Assembly: GCF_018336915.1 (NCBI RefSeq)
Contig: NZ_CP064923.1
Coordinates: 5,700,001-5,732,000 of the forward strand
Origin: Acaryochloris marina S15
Lineage (GTDB): Bacteria; Cyanobacteriota; Cyanobacteriia; Thermosynechococcales; Thermosynechococcaceae
Direction of reading: 5' to 3'
DNA: 32,000 nt
Positions 28,650 to 32,000 of the stretch are shown piece by piece; position 1 is the stretch's first letter; every line of letters starts with the position of its first letter. Below the pieces are notes generated by a model. The model was not told the DNA's origin, did not search any database, and saw nothing but the letters and a program-made list of their open reading frames with translations. Made by a program: the position numbers and the translations under genes.

Positions 28650-28781
28650 AACCCTTGACTTGACCCAATTGCTTTATAAGCTCCAGTGAACATGAGCTCT
28701 GAATATCATCAACCGTGAATTGTGTAACTGCCAGGTGGGTAGTTTCGAGACACGCTAATTAAGCTAGTGATACCCCCTGTT

Positions 28782-29843
28782 TTAGGCGTAATTTTGATGA
28801 TAGAAGTCCATGGTTTCAAAGAGTGCATCGGTCAGAGGTATTTTGGGGGTCCAGCCTAAGAGAGTTTGTGCTTGACTTAAATCAGGCATCCGCCGATCGC
28901 AGTCTTCGTAACCTTTGCCGTAGAAGTCTTGAGAGCTGATTGTCAGGATAGGGTGCTCTTTATAATTCATATCACCAGTGATTCGAGCATAGGTTTGGCG
29001 CATTAAATCAGCTAACTCAGCCATAGTGACCTCATTCTCACGGTTACCAATATTAAAAACTTGGTTTTGAGCTTGATGAGGCTTCTTGAGCATGAGTAGC
29101 AGTGCATCAATGGCATCATGGATCGAAACAATGGTACGTCGAGCTTCTCCCCCATCAACGAGATACATGGGTTTGTTATCTAGCAAGGCCGTCATAAAAC
29201 ACGCCAGAACTCTGGGTACACCTTCCCCATCACGACCTGGAATATAGTCCATTTTAGGACCAAAAAAATTTAAGGGACGGATAACGGTGAAGGGTAATTG
29301 ACTTTCCATATGATGGGCATAAATAAGTCGTTCCGTCATCTGTTTAGCACAAGCATAGGTCCACCTTTGGTTAGAAATGGGGCCCATAATGAGTGGGGTT
29401 TCATTCTCGCGCAGCTCAAATAAATTGGGATCCTCATAGTTATTGTTGGGAAGATAACTTGCAACGGTCCGCCCATATACTTCACTTGTAGAAAAGCTCA
29501 TCAACCATCGTTTATGTTTGGCGCAAAGCTCAATGAGCGGATAGATATCAAACAAATTGGAGTGAATCACGTCCAGCGGACGAGTATTATATTCAGCTGG
29601 GTTGCAGATAGCAGCCAAATTAATGACTATGTCAGACTTCTCAATCTCTTGTTCAATCTCTTGCAGAGCAGCTGGTGATGAAATTGTGCTGCGATGCATA
29701 TGAAATTTGGGATGAGCAAGATGCTCTTTAATTTTGTAATCTGCTAAATCCCAGCCGTGAATTTCGCATTCATTTTCAGCAAGTAAACGATCCAACAAGT
29801 GGCTACCAATAAAGCCGCCACAGCCCAACATAACTATACGCAT
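28782..29843 (-). CDS. NAD-dependent SDR sugar-nucleotide decarboxylase/epimerase, ArnA C-terminal-domain-like (UDP-glucuronate decarboxylase / UDP-apiose-xylose synthase family)
   Basis: GCGGFIGSHL Rossmann motif, STSEVYG, YACAKQ (YxxxK), RPLNFFGP, NIGNRENE, FYGKGYEDCDRRMPD; collinear with the ArnA decarboxylase domain. ATG at 29843 is preferred over TTG at 29858. Confidence 0.85.
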   Translation of the reverse strand: MRIVMLGCGGFIGSHLLDRLLAENECEIHGWDLADYKIKEHLAHPKFHMHRSTISSPAALQEIEQEIEKSDIVINLAAICNPAEYNTRPLDVIHSNLFDIYPLIELCAKHKRWLMSFSTSEVYGRTVASYLPNNNYEDPNLFELRENETPLIMGPISNQRWTYACAKQMTERLIYAHHMESQLPFTVIRPLNFFGPKMDYIPGRDGEGVPRVLACFMTALLDNKPMYLVDGGEARRTIVSIHDAIDALLLMLKKPHQAQNQVFNIGNRENEVTMAELADLMRQTYARITGDMNYKEHPILTISSQDFYGKGYEDCDRRMPDLSQAQTLLGWTPKIPLTDALFETMDFYHQNYA

Positions 29844-30265
29844 TTTTTCTCTGGTCAATTTTTAAGCTTCATTATATTTTTGTTTAGACTCAATGTCACG
29901 TTATTCAAGAATTGTGAAAGCAAGTTAAGAAGTCATTTATGAAGTAAATATCAAATGGGTCTAAATGCTTGTGAGCAAAGGCTTTGAGATGTGAATAATG
30001 ATTCTAGATGACTTCTGAGACAACAATGCTCGTTTGATGACACAGCATAGATTTCAGACTGTTTTTATCTTTACTTGATAAATAACCTCTAACCAAATTC
30101 TGAATAAAAGGTTTTCACCAAGATATGACCCAATAATTTGAGGTAGAGCGTATTGGAATGTATGCAAATTGGCAGTTTTGATATTCCACTACTGTCTTTC
30201 TAAAATCAAGTGAAGAGCAATTTGGGTCGACATGTGGATTATCCCTCTCATAGTACTCTTAGAAG

Positions 30266-30273
30266 AAAGTATG
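30266..30273. repeat. Target-site duplication AAAGTATG (left copy)
   Basis: Identical 8-mer directly abutting both IS termini (30266-30273 and 31177-31184). Confidence 0.8.
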
Positions 30274-30282
30274 GGTCGTGCA

Positions 30283-31112
30283 TCAAACAATTGTGGGGTA
30301 GGTGAGTATGTCATCCCAATGCCAAGCTCGCGAGGCTAGATCAGCACGTTGTGCCGCCGTTGTTTTAAGCCGACTGTGTGTCCAAATCCAATTGAAATAG
30401 CTGACCACTAATCGAGCAGTGACTTTGGTTTGCGCCCACACTTTGCCAAATTTGTTCTGGCGTCGATGCCATCGACCACTGTGCTGCCGAATAATGCCAT
30501 TGGTGCGTTCGAGTCGTTGAGTTCTGTCCTTGCCAATGTAATGGTCAATCTCCCAAGGCAACACTCTTTCGTACCCCCCCCAATCGTCGCTATTCCAGTC
30601 CTTGCAATCGGTCTTACCTTCAGTGCTAGTCACCAGTTCATTCAATAATGAATCGGTGTGCTTGCCCACACGACACGAGAGGATCACGCCGCTTGTGTTT
30701 GCCAAGGTAATCGCCATCCAACAATCACCCATCTCTAGCTCATGGGGAAGACAGTGTTTTTGCTTTTTTTCACAAAGGACCACATTTCATCTGCACTGAC
30801 ATCCTCCGTTTCAACGGCTTGCACTTGGCCATTATGGAGTTGCTGAGATCGTTGGCTAGCAGCTCTTACTAGAGAGACTACAGTGTTGTAAGCTAGGCCA
30901 CTGGTCCGAGTGATACCTCGAAGACTACTCCCTTCTGCATGGGCTTGGAGGACTTGTCGGACCTGCTCTGGACTCACCTGACGACGATAGTAAAGGGTAT
31001 CAAAGCGTTCAGTAAAGGTCTGCTGGCACTCAGGACAACGGTATCGTTGAAGCATGTTGGGCATCTTGCCATGCTTGTGTGCTTTGGAATGACCGCATAG
31101 TGGGCATTGCAT
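30283..31112 (-). CDS. insAB: IS1-family transposase InsA (30735-31112) and InsAB' fusion via -1 frameshift into the 30283-30783 frame
   Basis: InsA has zinc finger CPLCGHSKAHKHGK...QRYRCPECQ plus an HTH (GSSLRGITRTSGLAYNTVV). The downstream frame carries the DDE-type IS1 core (DEMWSFV..., DDWGGYE, TQRLERTNGIIRQ). The frames overlap at GTG AAA AAA AGC. Confidence 0.85.
30764..30770 (-). promoter_or_regulatory. A7 slippery heptamer for programmed -1 ribosomal frameshifting (T7 on plus strand)
   Basis: It lies exactly in the 49-nt overlap of the two transposase frames. IS1-family elements classically frameshift on an A-run. Confidence 0.7.
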
Positions 31113-31176
31113 GGGTAGGTTAGAAGCTGAGCTGAGCCTCTAGTATACTCAACCCACAATTACTTGAGGCACGACC

Positions 31177-31184
31177 AAAGTATG
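31177..31184. repeat. Target-site duplication AAAGTATG (right copy)
   Basis: See the left copy. An 8-bp duplication agrees with the 8-9 bp duplications typical of IS1. Confidence 0.8.
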
Positions 31185-31652
31185 TAACGGAATGTATCAC
31201 CTTAGTCTTAGACGAGGTTATGTCTCAGAGCAATGCTAGGTTCTTCTGTTTATGAAATGCATCGAGAAAACAGGAGCTAAACAATAGTCCAAATTAACTC
31301 AAAATGTCTATGACCATGTTCCAAGAGGTGAAGCTGCTCTGAAGATTTGATGCAAGGGGAGCATGTCACCTTTGTAATCTAGTATTTATAATCATTTTGG
31401 AAGCCTTTGCTAGCCTTGCTTTCAGACATTAGATTTTTGATTCTAAGTTTTATGCATCTGTAAAAGTGACATGCTCTCTACTCGTGAATCGCCAGCTTAA
31501 CTGTGGTTTAGTCAAGGTTTGAGTTCTATCAATCTCTTGCAAGCTCATAGCTGTATTACTCAACCTTGACCAGTCTGTAAAAAATGCTTGGCAGGACTCT
31601 TGATGTTTAGAAGATCACTCAGTCTTTTTGAGATTTAGATGATTGGCAGAAA

Positions 31653-32000
31653 TTATCTCTGAATCTCGGATAGATCTTTTTTATAGATTAAAAAACCAAC
31701 AATGAAAAATATGGTTGATAAAAATGTATGCTCACTCTCTTGAATAATTAATCTAGGTTTGATACCTCCATGCAATGAGAAACGAATGTAGTTAACTAAA
31801 CCTTTGATCTTCAATATCAAAGGCATAGGAAGGTTAGTATATTCTTTATAATAAAGTTGAGCCCCTTTAGGATTCTCAGCACGGAGTTTGGCTGAAAAAG
31901 TGGTAGTTCCATCTGGAGCATTTTCGTAATAGAGGCGTAATACTTCATTTACAAATATTGTTTTATAATTTAGGCTGATTTTATTCCAAACAATAGAGTC
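31653..32000 (-). CDS. 3' part of a gene running off the window (115 codons + TAA), possibly a family-2-like glycosyltransferase with a C-terminal TM helix
   Basis: Manual translation of the minus strand gives DSIVWNKISLNYKTIFVNEVLRLYYENAPDGTTTFSAKLRAENPKGAQLYYKEY...HTFLSTIFFIVGFLIYKK. It is open to the window edge and is not in the ORF track because it has no in-window start. The GT assignment is a weak pattern match. Confidence 0.4.
   Translation of the reverse strand, partial: DSIVWNKISLNYKTIFVNEVLRLYYENAPDGTTTFSAKLRAENPKGAQLYYKEYTNLPMPLILKIKGLVNYIRFSLHGGIKPRLIIQESEHTFLSTIFFIVGFLIYKKDLSEIQR

Larger units (their letters stand above)
30274..31176 (-). mobile_element. Intact IS1-family insertion sequence (903 bp)
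   Basis: 24-bp terminal inverted repeats GGTCGTGCATCAAACAATTGTGGG (30274-30297) versus the reverse complement of 31153-31176 (21/24). InsA/InsB-type ORFs with an A7 slippery run. 8-bp direct repeats flank the element. Confidence 0.9.

Noticed and set aside
30735-31159. 61-aa ORF (30974-31159, minus) and 65-72-aa plus-strand ORFs inside the IS1 element
   Set aside because: These are alternative-frame or antisense ORFs nested within the transposase genes. IS1 coding capacity is fully explained by InsA/InsAB'.

Overview
The window looks like cyanobacterial chromosome: there are at least 10 perfect HIP1 GCGATCGC palindromes, TTTTCCACA-type DnaA boxes, and lrtA/hpf and ycf33-like genes. It has three parts. 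(1) About 0.4-9.7 kb holds a vapBC toxin-antitoxin pair followed by a compact zinc-homeostasis island. Three near-identical 19-bp Fur/Zur-type palindromes sit in front of a COG0523 metallochaperone, a hemB-znuABC operon whose HemB carries the Asp-rich (zinc-free) active-site motif, and a second orphan znuA. The island also contains a convergent His-rich CDF exporter, a decayed PIN gene and a small secreted RGxHGA-repeat protein. (2) About 9.8-25.8 kb is housekeeping core: dam, rbfA, nagZ, ilvB, an MFS transporter, hpf, lipB, moaE and yceD. It includes the ancestral origin block jag-yidC-PH-rnpA-rpmH <> dnaA-oriC-dnaN, with 8 perfect DnaA boxes in two opposed arrays. (3) About 26-32 kb is an AT-richer accessory glycan-type region: a twin beta-helix lipoprotein, a MITE-like inverted-repeat element, an ArnA-like SDR, an intact IS1-family element with 8-bp target duplications, and a partial glycosyltransferase-like gene. 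I found no convincing wholly new multi-gene system. The best leads are the Zur regulon architecture and the uncharacterised secreted repeat protein next to it.
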